Below are positions 11,080 through 20,479 of a DNA stretch of 64,000 nt, one piece after another (position 1 is the stretch's first letter; each line of letters opens with the position of its first letter). Source of the DNA: Amoeboaphelidium occidentale. Its lineage: Eukaryota. The notes under the pieces are model-generated. The model searched no databases. It was not told the DNA's origin and saw only the letters and a program-made list of their open reading frames with translations. The stretch covers positions 1 through 64,000 of the forward strand of contig JALGPX010000050.1 in assembly GCA_023515795.1 (NCBI GenBank), in the 5' to 3' direction. A program made the position numbers and the translations under genes.

Positions 11080-12090
11080 ATGAACACTTTGCAAATTCCA
11101 GAGTCCCTTACATTTGAGAATGTCACATCATTGAATGAGTTGAGAATTAATATAAAGACGATGGAGCTGTATAAAGTGCGCGCTGATGGTAACGAAGATA
11201 TGGTTGATCATTATGCGGAGAACACTCAACCAAACATCGAAGATAATAATAATACTAATGAAAGCCCCACGAGCATATTCATTCTGAAGAAGGAACGGTT
11301 AATTGTGGCTCTTATTCCGGAAGAAGCTCCTTCCAGAGAAAAGCTCGTTTATGCATCGTCTTTGCCACAACTTCGTGACCACTTGATCCGCTCAACTTCA
11401 GCTTCGTGGAGAATTGTGTCAATATCAGACATTAAGGATTTGAACTCAGCTATAGGATCATGCAAGACTTTAAGTGCTGCTGATAAGAAACAGGCAATGT
11501 CTCAGAATGAACTTGATCTATTGGAGGTTAAGGAAGAAGAAGAGAAGGAGAGACAGAGAAGGGGCGATAAACCCGCGTTCGTTTACTATTCTTGTAATCC
11601 CTCATTTTCAGATGCTGCATTATCTTCACTGAAATCTTTTCTCGGTGACAGTAATATTGATGCATCTTTGGGAAAGCTGTTGATATTTGAATTGGTTGAA
11701 CAGGATGATGGTAATTTGGAATTTGAGGTCCTGGTGCAAAAATCTATTCTAATTAGCTCTCCTGACACAGAAATCCCAATTTCATCAGAACACACTCGTA
11801 TTTATTTGTACACGTTTTACTATTACGGTAAAGCAAGAACAGGAGTTATCGTAAAGTACAAGGAAGGATCTCCAAAGAAGGACATGTTTGTGCATGCTCA
11901 GTGTATTCCAACCCTACTAAGACGTATTGAGATTGAAGGCAAGAAGATTGACATGAAGATGACTATAGAAGCACAAGATGCGCATAAAATACTGAAACAT
12001 CGTGATATTCTGAAGGAAGTTTCTGTAGAAGGCGAAATACAACGGAGCACAAAGAGAATCAGCCAAAGTGGTTTCGTAACTTCTGTGTGA
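11080..12090 (+). CDS. Divergent twinfilin-like protein (two ADF-H-like domains)
   Basis: PEEAPSREKLVYASS, linker MSQNELDLLEVKEEE and a second ADF-like SPKKDMFVHAQC. Length fits twinfilin. Confidence 0.6.
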   Translation: MNTLQIPESLTFENVTSLNELRINIKTMELYKVRADGNEDMVDHYAENTQPNIEDNNNTNESPTSIFILKKERLIVALIPEEAPSREKLVYASSLPQLRDHLIRSTSASWRIVSISDIKDLNSAIGSCKTLSAADKKQAMSQNELDLLEVKEEEEKERQRRGDKPAFVYYSCNPSFSDAALSSLKSFLGDSNIDASLGKLLIFELVEQDDGNLEFEVLVQKSILISSPDTEIPISSEHTRIYLYTFYYYGKARTGVIVKYKEGSPKKDMFVHAQCIPTLLRRIEIEGKKIDMKMTIEAQDAHKILKHRDILKEVSVEGEIQRSTKRISQSGFVTSV

Positions 12091-12175
12091 TAATCGGTAG
12101 CGTCGAAGGGTGTCGCAATATAATATTTACAATTAACATTTTTCTTTTCAATCACTAAAGCAACAACAGCACAAG

Positions 12176-12495
12176 ATGCCTTTCCATACACCGCACAAAT
12201 ACAACACAAACTTCCAGAAAGATCCCGCAATAGAACGATGGGTTTACCAGAGATACTTTGGCCAATTTGGAAATTTTAGGGTTTTGCTCCTCATCTTCTT
12301 GGTTGGATTTGATTTCTGATTGTGTAGGTGAATGCTTATGCGCTTAAATGGCTTGTTGGATTGTATGTCATCGTCCCTGTTGGCTTATTCTATTGGAATG
12401 AAAGCTATACCCGCTGGATTGACGATTTTAAAGAGGAGGATGTTAATTCCCTTAGATTTGGCAGAGTGGATCCAAGTGTATTTAAAAACCAATAA
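12176..12495 (+). CDS. NADH:ubiquinone oxidoreductase subunit NDUFB4/B15-like (2 exons; absent from ORF track)
   Basis: Exons 12176-12280 and 12328-12495 splice to MPFHTPHKYNTNFQKDPAIERWVYQRYFGQFGNFRVNAYALKWLVGLYVIVPVGLFYW...NQ*. DPAIERW motif plus one TM helix. Confidence 0.7.
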
Positions 12496-12953
12496 ATTCT
12501 TATGTAAAAGAGGGCTAAGGTTGAGTTATATGATGTCGAATGGTTGTGTGTCGCATATTCTGCATGTTGGCCTACTTTTGGTGCGAAATACTGAACATGG
12601 TTTGATGCTACTCGTGATCAATTAAATCATGCCANNNNNNNNNNNNNNNNNNTATATGATGTCGAATGGTTGTGTGTCGCGTATTCTGCATGTTGGCCTA
12701 CTTTTGGTGCGAAATACTGAACATGGTTTGATGCTACTCGTGATCAATTAAATCATGCCATGGTAGTCCTTGTTTTAATACATGATCACCATGAGCGTGC
12801 TGCGACTTACCAGCATAATTCCATCCGTTACAGTTCCCAATTGAAGCTCTGCTGTTTGAAGTGGCGCAATCGAAAACATTTGAGGCAACAACTTTGTATT
12901 CTTCGTATCACTTTGCTTGAACAGCTTCAACGAATTCCTCCGGCTCATTTTCC

Positions 12954-14638
12954 ATGAAGTCCAACACTGACCAGAAGAGCGATAAGATGACGTCACAGCA
13001 GAATGTTACTCCTAATACGACTCAAACTTCAATTAGCGATGCTTCAGTAGCAGCAGCGACTCAGAATGGTGTTCCTAATGCTGATGATACCCAAAGAGAT
13101 CCAGGCAATTTTTAGAATGATTTATTGTTAATTAATTAATGTGTGTTCAGCCTACTTTCAGTATTATTCACAGTTGATACATCAGCAGAATATGTTGTCT
13201 GATTATGTTCGCACAAATTTATACCAACAGGTTGTTCAACTGAATGCACAGGAATGCTTCCAAGATAAAATTGTTATGGACATTGGGGCTGGTTCAGGTG
13301 TGTTGTCCTTCTTCTCATGCCAAGCGGGAGCGCGCAGAGTTTTTGCAATTGAAGCATCCCAAATGGCAGAGAAGATGAAAATGTTAATTGAAAAGAGTCT
13401 GCAGTTGGGAAATGCAAATGCGAAATGGTTGGGTGCTGGTGGAGAAGATAAGATTAAAGTTTATCAGGACAAGATTGAGAATTTGGTTACGAAACAGCAG
13501 ATTGCGCCAAAGAGTGTCGACACGATTATATCTGAACCTATTGGGGTATGACATTCTGTTTTATGGTTAAGTTTACTTTTGAGGTTTTTCTGGTTCACGA
13601 GCGCATGTTGGAGAGTTTTATATTGGCTCGTGATCATTACTTGAAACCAGGCGGTCGCATATTTCCAACAACTGGCGTAATTCACTTGGCTCCGTTCTCT
13701 GATCAAACTCTGTATGCGGAAACTATACAGAAAGCCAGGTTTCTACTCGGTTTTGTGTTTTCACTCATTCTGTAGATGGTGGCAACAACAGGATTTCTTT
13801 GGTATCGATTTTTCTTCATTCTTTAGCACTGCTGCAAAGGAAGCATTTTCAATGGCTGTTGTTGGAAGTTTCTCGCCATTTATTTTGCTTTCAAATCATA
13901 CTGTTTCAACTTCCTCTTACACTATTGATTTCAGATACGCTACAGTACCTGATTTGCAAGAGTAACATTCTAATCCCGATGTCATAAGTTAATGTTTTTA
14001 GGATTTTCATACCTATTCGATGGGTTATTTCTTACACTGGTATTCTACATGGAATAGCATCATGGTTTGATTGTCATTTCTTTCCTGGTCCAGTTTATGA
14101 GAATGAAAGGGAGAACACTGGTGATGCTCAGTATGAAGATATTGTTCTATCAACACATCCTTCATCTCCACTGACACACTGGCAGCAAATTCGATTTTTG
14201 TTTCAAGAGCCTTTAGCTGTAAATGCAAATGATGTAATTGTAGGCTGGCTAAGAGGGAAAACTAATTCTATGCGCTCTTATTCACTAGAATCAGAAATCT
14301 GGATTGAAGATTCTTATCCTACGCCTAATTCCACAGAAATGATATCCCAGGCACGCCCAAATTCAAAGCGTGCTGGAAAATGGGAACTTCAAGATCAAAC
14401 TTATTATTATCCCAATAATGCAACTCCTGGTGGCGCTGCATTAGGTCAGAATTTACAGAATTTGAGCAGTATGAGTTTGAAACAAGGAGCAGGACAGAAC
14501 CAAATGTACGGCAGCTCTTCTGCAAGCACTCAACAAGAGGCAACTTTTAATGCTGGTAATCAGACATCACCTCAGCCAAGAATTCAAAGCGCTCAGGAGC
14601 AAGCTGGCATTTATGCTCTAATGGATTTCGGTCAATGA
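12954..14638 (+). CDS. Type I protein arginine methyltransferase, CARM1/PRMT4-like (5 exons)
   Basis: YFQYYSQLIHQQNMLSDYVRT, MDIGAGSGVLS, IISEPIG-VFLVHERMLES and THWQQ loop. First intron 13105-13150 is GC-AG. Confidence 0.88.
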
Positions 14639-14676
14639 TAATAAAATAAGCACAATCCTGTACATTTATTGCTTTT

Positions 14677-15706
14677 TTAAGAAATCAACTGTAAATAGTT
14701 TGATGGTGCAATACCCATTTGCCCAGTAGCTTTCTTCACGTGCCACCAACGACCCTTGTTGTCTAAAACATCAAATTCTTCATTCTTCTCAAAAGACAGT
14801 TCATTGGGGTCTTCTGGATTTGCTGTGTATGAATACAACGCTTTCGCACGAAGACCAGTGGATGAAGTTGAAGCAGGTTGCTTCTCATTCTTTCCACCGA
14901 CGGCAGGCTGTGCAGGGGTAGAGGAAGACGATGGAACATAAGGAGGGGCTTGCTCTGAAACAGAGTTCGAAGGACCTTGAGATTGTTGAGAAGGTTCCAC
15001 TGATACTTTCTCCAAATTCTGATTCTGTTTACGAGAAGGAGCAGGATAAGCTTCACTTGAACCTCCAGCAGCTGCACCAGCAGTAGGGAAAGGTGTAAAA
15101 GAACTACCCGCCATGCTCAAATTATTATATACAAACTGTGACACAAAAGAGTTGAAATCAGAGCCAAGGACAATGATCCACAGCATGTAGCACATCAAGC
15201 CCATAATAGCGCCAGCCAGGTAGGCCCTGGATGAAGCCAGAGTATTCGTAAATACAGCAGGAGGAGTAACACCAGCTGGAACGTTGATTGCAGCCAATGC
15301 AACAACGGTACCATTGATTCCGTATGTGAAGAATGTTAACATAGCAGATACATAAGAGAATAATCCAACGAATGATGATCGGTAAGCGAATAGGGACGCC
15401 TTCTGTGAAGTGGCGCTTGTTGAGACAATCGAAAGTATCAGCGCCGATAGGATGAACAGTTGGAAGAACAGAATCCACCAGGCAAGACTCAAATCTAATA
15501 CACCTGCTCCAGCTCCGGCTCCAGCACCTGCATTATTCTGATTTACTATACTCTGCAAAGAGCTCAAACCAGCCAACTGAATAATCCATCCAATCTTCAA
15601 ACGAATTAGTACAACGATTGAGAAAGAACAGACTTACTACTGAGATGACAAGAGTAGCCGCCCAGAAGAAATTAGAGAAGAGATTTGATATTACAAAAGC
15701 TGGCAT
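14677..15706 (-). CDS. SHO1: Sho1-like osmosensor (4 TM plus C-terminal SH3; 2 exons)
   Basis: Four TM helices ([13 protein letters not shown]...) and SH3 [21 protein letters not shown]...GIAPSNY. First exon starts at 15706. Confidence 0.88.
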
Positions 15707-15859
15707 AATCCGTTAAGCTTGTTTGATCTTTCTAAAGAATCAGAGTGGCTGAGGTTGAGGTTGCACAAATGGCTTGAACGATTCTGAAAGATCTTGATAC
15801 GTTTCAACTATGTAAGCAGGGCAAGGAGAACTTTAAAAGATACTACGTACAAGAGATAT

Positions 15860-16696
15860 TTATTGTGTAACTGGTGGCTTAACATTATTGGCATAGTATG
15901 AACCACTCATTACATTGCCTTGCGGATTGTAATCACAAACTACATACACTGCTGACATTCTAAATCTTGATTGTCCACCGCAGTTGGCAATAGCACATCC
16001 GATCTTATCAGAAGCTGCCCATACAACTTGTGTGAAGTGGCCACACATACCACGTGTGCATTGAGAAGTATTAAAGTCGTAGTTGGAAATTTCATCATAC
16101 CAAGCTTTAACTGCGATCTCTGGACTTCCTCTCGAGCTGAACATTAAGTTTTGGCCAATTGGTACTGTTGTTCCTTCATCCTGATGTCCGAGAACACAAG
16201 TATTGGCGTGTGCTTGAGCTCTTTTTGCCATCTCTTCAGACCATTGGACATCTGGAGCACCATGACGACGTCTGTACATATTGTGCGCGTCAACGAATCT
16301 CTTCGCGATCGATTCATCAGACGTGTCTTGATTGCTTGATCCCGGAAGTTGTTGTGGTTGTTGTTGTGGTAGTTGTTGCGCTGGTTGTTGAGTTGGGGGT
16401 TGTTCTTTCGGGAGCTGCTGTGGTGGAAGTTGTGTTGGAAGTTGTTGCAATGGTTGTTGAGACGGAATCTGTTGTTTCGGCAATCCACCTGGAAGCGTGT
16501 TATTAGGAAAAGGACCTTCAAACGGCTGCTTTGTCTTCCTACCAGATCTTCTTCGATCTCTTTGTGAAGGCGTCATTTGTGGCACGCTTCCGACCGATTT
16601 TGCTCCCACAGGACATGGTGGAGAGACTGATCCTTGAGCCAATGCTGGAGAACCAAAAGCAATTAAACAAGTTACAATAAACAGAGTAGAATACAT
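15860..16696 (-). CDS. Secreted CAP/SCP (PR-1-like) protein with a Q/P-rich linker
   Basis: Signal peptide, HNMYRRRHG, GQNL, GHFTQVVWA, IGCA and VCDYNPQGN. Confidence 0.92.
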   Translation of the reverse strand: MYSTLFIVTCLIAFGSPALAQGSVSPPCPVGAKSVGSVPQMTPSQRDRRRSGRKTKQPFEGPFPNNTLPGGLPKQQIPSQQPLQQLPTQLPPQQLPKEQPPTQQPAQQLPQQQPQQLPGSSNQDTSDESIAKRFVDAHNMYRRRHGAPDVQWSEEMAKRAQAHANTCVLGHQDEGTTVPIGQNLMFSSRGSPEIAVKAWYDEISNYDFNTSQCTRGMCGHFTQVVWAASDKIGCAIANCGGQSRFRMSAVYVVCDYNPQGNVMSGSYYANNVKPPVTQ

Positions 16697-16980
16697 TTGA
16701 GAAAGAATTCAAATCTGTGCACCATTCTTTTGTATCTATATCTTGTGGTACAAGGTTTTACTAAGGGTTTCATGAGCGTAACACAGACAGATTGAAGAAC
16801 CTTGATCAAAATCCAATTGGTCAAAAATACTAAAAGGTTACACAAAGTCCTACTGCAGCGTAATACAAAAGGATGATTTCCTACAAACTGTTTCATAATT
16901 ATTGTCTTACAACGCACAAAGATATGGCGCCATTGTGAATTCAATATCGCGTTAAGCTATGAAACTAAGACGTCTATTGC

Positions 16981-17748
16981 TCATTTACCAACTTCTCGAA
17001 CATTTTTGGAGGTTACTCGTAATTGTACCAGAATTCCCATGGCTGCGATGAATAACATACTGCCCAGCAGAGCATACGTATCCGGATTTTTAATTCGGTA
17101 AAGCTCTTGTTTGCCATTGAGAATAGAATAGACGCTTTGCCTGAAACCTGTGTTGGAAAAGCAATCAACTCCAAGACATAAGACGTAAGATCCAACTAAA
17201 GATGTCGCGCATATTATCGCAACATTGTCAAAGAAAAGAACGGCTATTCCGCCTATTAACGCTACGGTCAAGAGGAAGGAAGTCCTGGCTAAATCGTTCT
17301 GAATGATTAAACCAGATTGCCAAGAGCATACAAAGGCAGCAAACGTGAAACCAGCAAAGCCTCCCAACAGAAACAATCCAAACTTCCACGCAAATCTTAC
17401 TATGCACCCGAAAACCAATCCAGAAACGAGACAAGACACAAAGTATATCGTTGTGCGATCATGCCATTTCGAGTGTCCATTCTCGTCGTATGGTTCCACG
17501 TTTGTTAGAATTGTAAAGAGCAGCACAGTTCCAAACAGAAATCCAGATAAAAATAGAACTGTTTTGTATAGATATCTTCCAAAAAATGTGAACATGAAAC
17601 CCAGAAGTATTGAGAATATTCCTGTTAATGCAGTGGACACTTGATATGATTGTTTGTTGGCGGCTTTTGAACCAGCCAATACCGAACTTACGCTGAGCAG
17701 CATGTATACCAGCAAAGTATTCCGTATAAATCTTACTCTATTGTTCAT
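16981..17748 (-). CDS. TMEM198/TM7S3 (DUF4203)-like multipass membrane protein
   Basis: FFGRYLYKTVLFLSGF, GLFLLGGFAGF and TSLVGSYVLCLGVDCF motifs, with about 7 TM helices after a signal peptide. Confidence 0.8.
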   Translation of the reverse strand: MNNRVRFIRNTLLVYMLLSVSSVLAGSKAANKQSYQVSTALTGIFSILLGFMFTFFGRYLYKTVLFLSGFLFGTVLLFTILTNVEPYDENGHSKWHDRTTIYFVSCLVSGLVFGCIVRFAWKFGLFLLGGFAGFTFAAFVCSWQSGLIIQNDLARTSFLLTVALIGGIAVLFFDNVAIICATSLVGSYVLCLGVDCFSNTGFRQSVYSILNGKQELYRIKNPDTYALLGSMLFIAAMGILVQLRVTSKNVREVGK

Positions 17749-17825
17749 TTCCTGTAATAGAATGACTAGTTCACGAAAGCATGATCGTTTCCATCAATCT
17801 TGCCATCAATCAGCGATATATCTGA

Positions 17826-20090
17826 TCAACGGCCAGTAAGAATTCTCTTAGCGTACATCAAGCGTTCTTGGAATAAATCACGGATATTCTCCTTCAACTT
17901 TGGATTTTGAGAGCCAAAATGTTTCACCCAAACACCAACTTCGTCATCAAGTCTATCTAAAATGACTTTGACAAGCACAACAATTAAACCATTTCGAAGT
18001 TCAGAATATTCTTCCTTCTTTGCCTTCAAGAAAATTGTGCGCAAATATTCTCTGACCTCTTTGTCTTCGAATAAAGTGGATGGCATCAATAAATACGAGA
18101 TTACGACTTGTAGAAACACACACAAGCCATCTGGTAACTCAGTACTTTCAAAAGTTCTGACCAAGCTGACAAAATCCATACCTCTTAGAATTGAAATACT
18201 CAAGCTCTCATTTCCAATTAAATACGCATAAAACTGCGCAGTGTTCGTAATCTTTGTCAGTTCTTTTCCAGTAGCTTTCACCCCAAGTTTGATAGTCTTG
18301 AAAAAGTCCCACAGGATAAACTGTAGCGTAACTTTGTGGTGTGTCTTAAGAGCACAGAATTTTTGCGCAAGTTTTGTGTAGAAAGGGTTGTATGACTTTT
18401 CCCTGCTGCAGCAAAACACCAGAACTCTCATAATTTCTCGTTGTTGCACTTCAGTCAAGCTAAGCTTCATAATCTTCTCATATGCATCAAGTATATCGTC
18501 AGATGACATTATACATGCAAAAATATTTCTTCTGACTTCTGTATTGAGTCCTATTTTCCTAGCGAGCATCAACAATGAATTGTTTCTTTGTATTTGTTCC
18601 ATCCTGACAGCATTCTCCTGTACACTCTGTCTAACTTTGTGATCCACAGCACAAGCGGCACCAACTAGCCACCATTTTCCTTTGTCATCAATTAGTCTGA
18701 TATCTTCCAATGAGCATCTCAATGCCTCCAACTCCGAAGAGCCTCTCTTCTTGATAGAACCTTTTAGGACTTTCAGCATCATGTCGAATTCATCAGGACT
18801 TTGTGAAACTTTCAGGTTACCCTTATTGTTTTTTAAGTTTTCGACTTGTTCAAGTAAAAATTTGAAACGACCACTTTCAGCTCTGCCTTTCGCGTTTGCA
18901 AACAGTACGGTAATGAACTCTTTCAATGCATCAGTATCGGATGCACGCAATTTTTTCCCACAAATCTTTATGATCTTGAGCACCAATTCTACACCAGTTT
19001 CTGACAAGTCTTTCGTGAACAAGTTCAGAAGATCAAATACCAATACAGAGGAAACAACATTGAACATGAAAAGATAAGAAATCAAGCAAACCAAATTAAG
19101 GCACTTTTTGCTCATAACTTCGTTAGCCACTTCCTGATCATTAGTAGTAGCAGCACTTGCGCACAATTCCATGTGAACCTCTTCAATTCTGCAAACAAGC
19201 TCCTGCACGAATTGTGCGCCAACATCTTGCCCTACCATGTGGAAGAGATGTGCAACCAAACAAGAATAATTGAGAATGAATGAATCCATCAAATTGAATG
19301 AATCTGCGACAGCATTAATAATTCCGTTGATAAGAATTGAGGTGCAAGAATTTCTAGCATTGGACGCATACAACGACTCCAGAGTATTGAAAATAGATTC
19401 CAAATTGGAACTACTGAGCCTGTTTAGCTGCCCTTTGATCTGTTTGCTCAAGCGTATAAACTCTTCCGTGTTTTCATCAGAAGTTGTGAATTTGGGGCGT
19501 TCCTTGAAGAAATGCATGGGATCTCCCCTCACCGTAGAATCATTCGATAATTCCTCTTCGTCTTCTTCCTCTTCTTGTGAGGCGTACTCGGGTTCTTCTT
19601 CTTCAAAGCTCTCAGCGTACTCGTTGGAGCTTGCCATACCATCATCGCTACCAACACGGTCACTATCACTTTCAGAGTCTTCACTGTTTACGACATCCAA
19701 GAGGAAGTCAAGACCGTCTTTCTTAAAAGAATCTCCAACTTTGTTATGATCTTTGATCTTTAGCTTCTTGCTGTACTTCTTCAGCATTTGATCGTCCTGA
19801 TCATCATCATCCATTGAAGCCCCGTGGCGTCCTTTGGATAGCACCTCTACGTCCTTCACGAGACCATCTTGTTTAAGCAATTTGTAAAAGTTTGGCTGTG
19901 ATTTGGCCAATTTCCGTAACTTATCACTATCATCCAAGCCGTCGTTTTCCGTTTGGCGTTTACGTGACCGCGGCGTGCTTTCTGAAGAAGCAACTTTTAC
20001 GGACTTTTTATAAGAAGCATTGAGGTTTGCTTTATTTCCGGAGCGCTTCAACTTGCGTTGTTCTTTTCTAAGCGCGATTTTCGTCTTCAT
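17826..20090 (-). CDS. SGD1: Nucleolar MIF4G/MA3 protein NOM1/Sgd1
   Basis: KGQLNRLSSSNL, KGKWWLVGA, NTEVRRNIFACIMSSDDILDAYEKIMKL and EKSYNPFY. Confidence 0.92.
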   Translation of the reverse strand: MKTKIALRKEQRKLKRSGNKANLNASYKKSVKVASSESTPRSRKRQTENDGLDDSDKLRKLAKSQPNFYKLLKQDGLVKDVEVLSKGRHGASMDDDDQDDQMLKKYSKKLKIKDHNKVGDSFKKDGLDFLLDVVNSEDSESDSDRVGSDDGMASSNEYAESFEEEEPEYASQEEEEDEEELSNDSTVRGDPMHFFKERPKFTTSDENTEEFIRLSKQIKGQLNRLSSSNLESIFNTLESLYASNARNSCTSILINGIINAVADSFNLMDSFILNYSCLVAHLFHMVGQDVGAQFVQELVCRIEEVHMELCASAATTNDQEVANEVMSKKCLNLVCLISYLFMFNVVSSVLVFDLLNLFTKDLSETGVELVLKIIKICGKKLRASDTDALKEFITVLFANAKGRAESGRFKFLLEQVENLKNNKGNLKVSQSPDEFDMMLKVLKGSIKKRGSSELEALRCSLEDIRLIDDKGKWWLVGAACAVDHKVRQSVQENAVRMEQIQRNNSLLMLARKIGLNTEVRRNIFACIMSSDDILDAYEKIMKLSLTEVQQREIMRVLVFCCSREKSYNPFYTKLAQKFCALKTHHKVTLQFILWDFFKTIKLGVKATGKELTKITNTAQFYAYLIGNESLSISILRGMDFVSLVRTFESTELPDGLCVFLQVVISYLLMPSTLFEDKEVREYLRTIFLKAKKEEYSELRNGLIVVLVKVILDRLDDEVGVWVKHFGSQNPKLKENIRDLFQERLMYAKRILTGR

Positions 20091-20479
20091 CTCAGAAAAG
20101 AGTTAAGCACGCAGAGGTCAAGTCAATAGGCGAGGCGCAGAACTTAGGAAAATTTATTCTTATCGTGCAATATCAAAGTGAAGGGTTTGTCTCAAGTGTT
20201 ATGACGATGATTTTGTTGCTAAAATGTCTTCGCCCCAATACGCAACCGAAACATGCCACGCGTAACCATAAAAGGGAAACTATTAGACACGGTAACGTTG
20301 TAGATCTTCTCTAGTTACATTGCCCCGCTTTACATCATCAGTCGCGATACGCTGATCGAAGATGCGATGGATCAATTCAGATTGATTTTGACCAGTCGAT
20401 CTTACTGATGGATCAATCCATCCAAATCTTGATGGATACTTAAGCGTGAAAATCTGCAGCCCACTTTTTCTTTCATCTA

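Noticed and set aside
12527..12600. Possible C/D snoRNA (ATGATGT...CTGA) between the NDUFB4-like and PRMT genes
   Set aside because: Imperfect box C, no convincing terminal stem, no recognisable guide, and it sits at a gap edge.
12740..12950. Minus-strand GTAAGT...AG intron-like signal with a short ORF
   Set aside because: No spliced frame gives a convincing protein. It could be a UTR or non-coding transcript, but this is unsupported.
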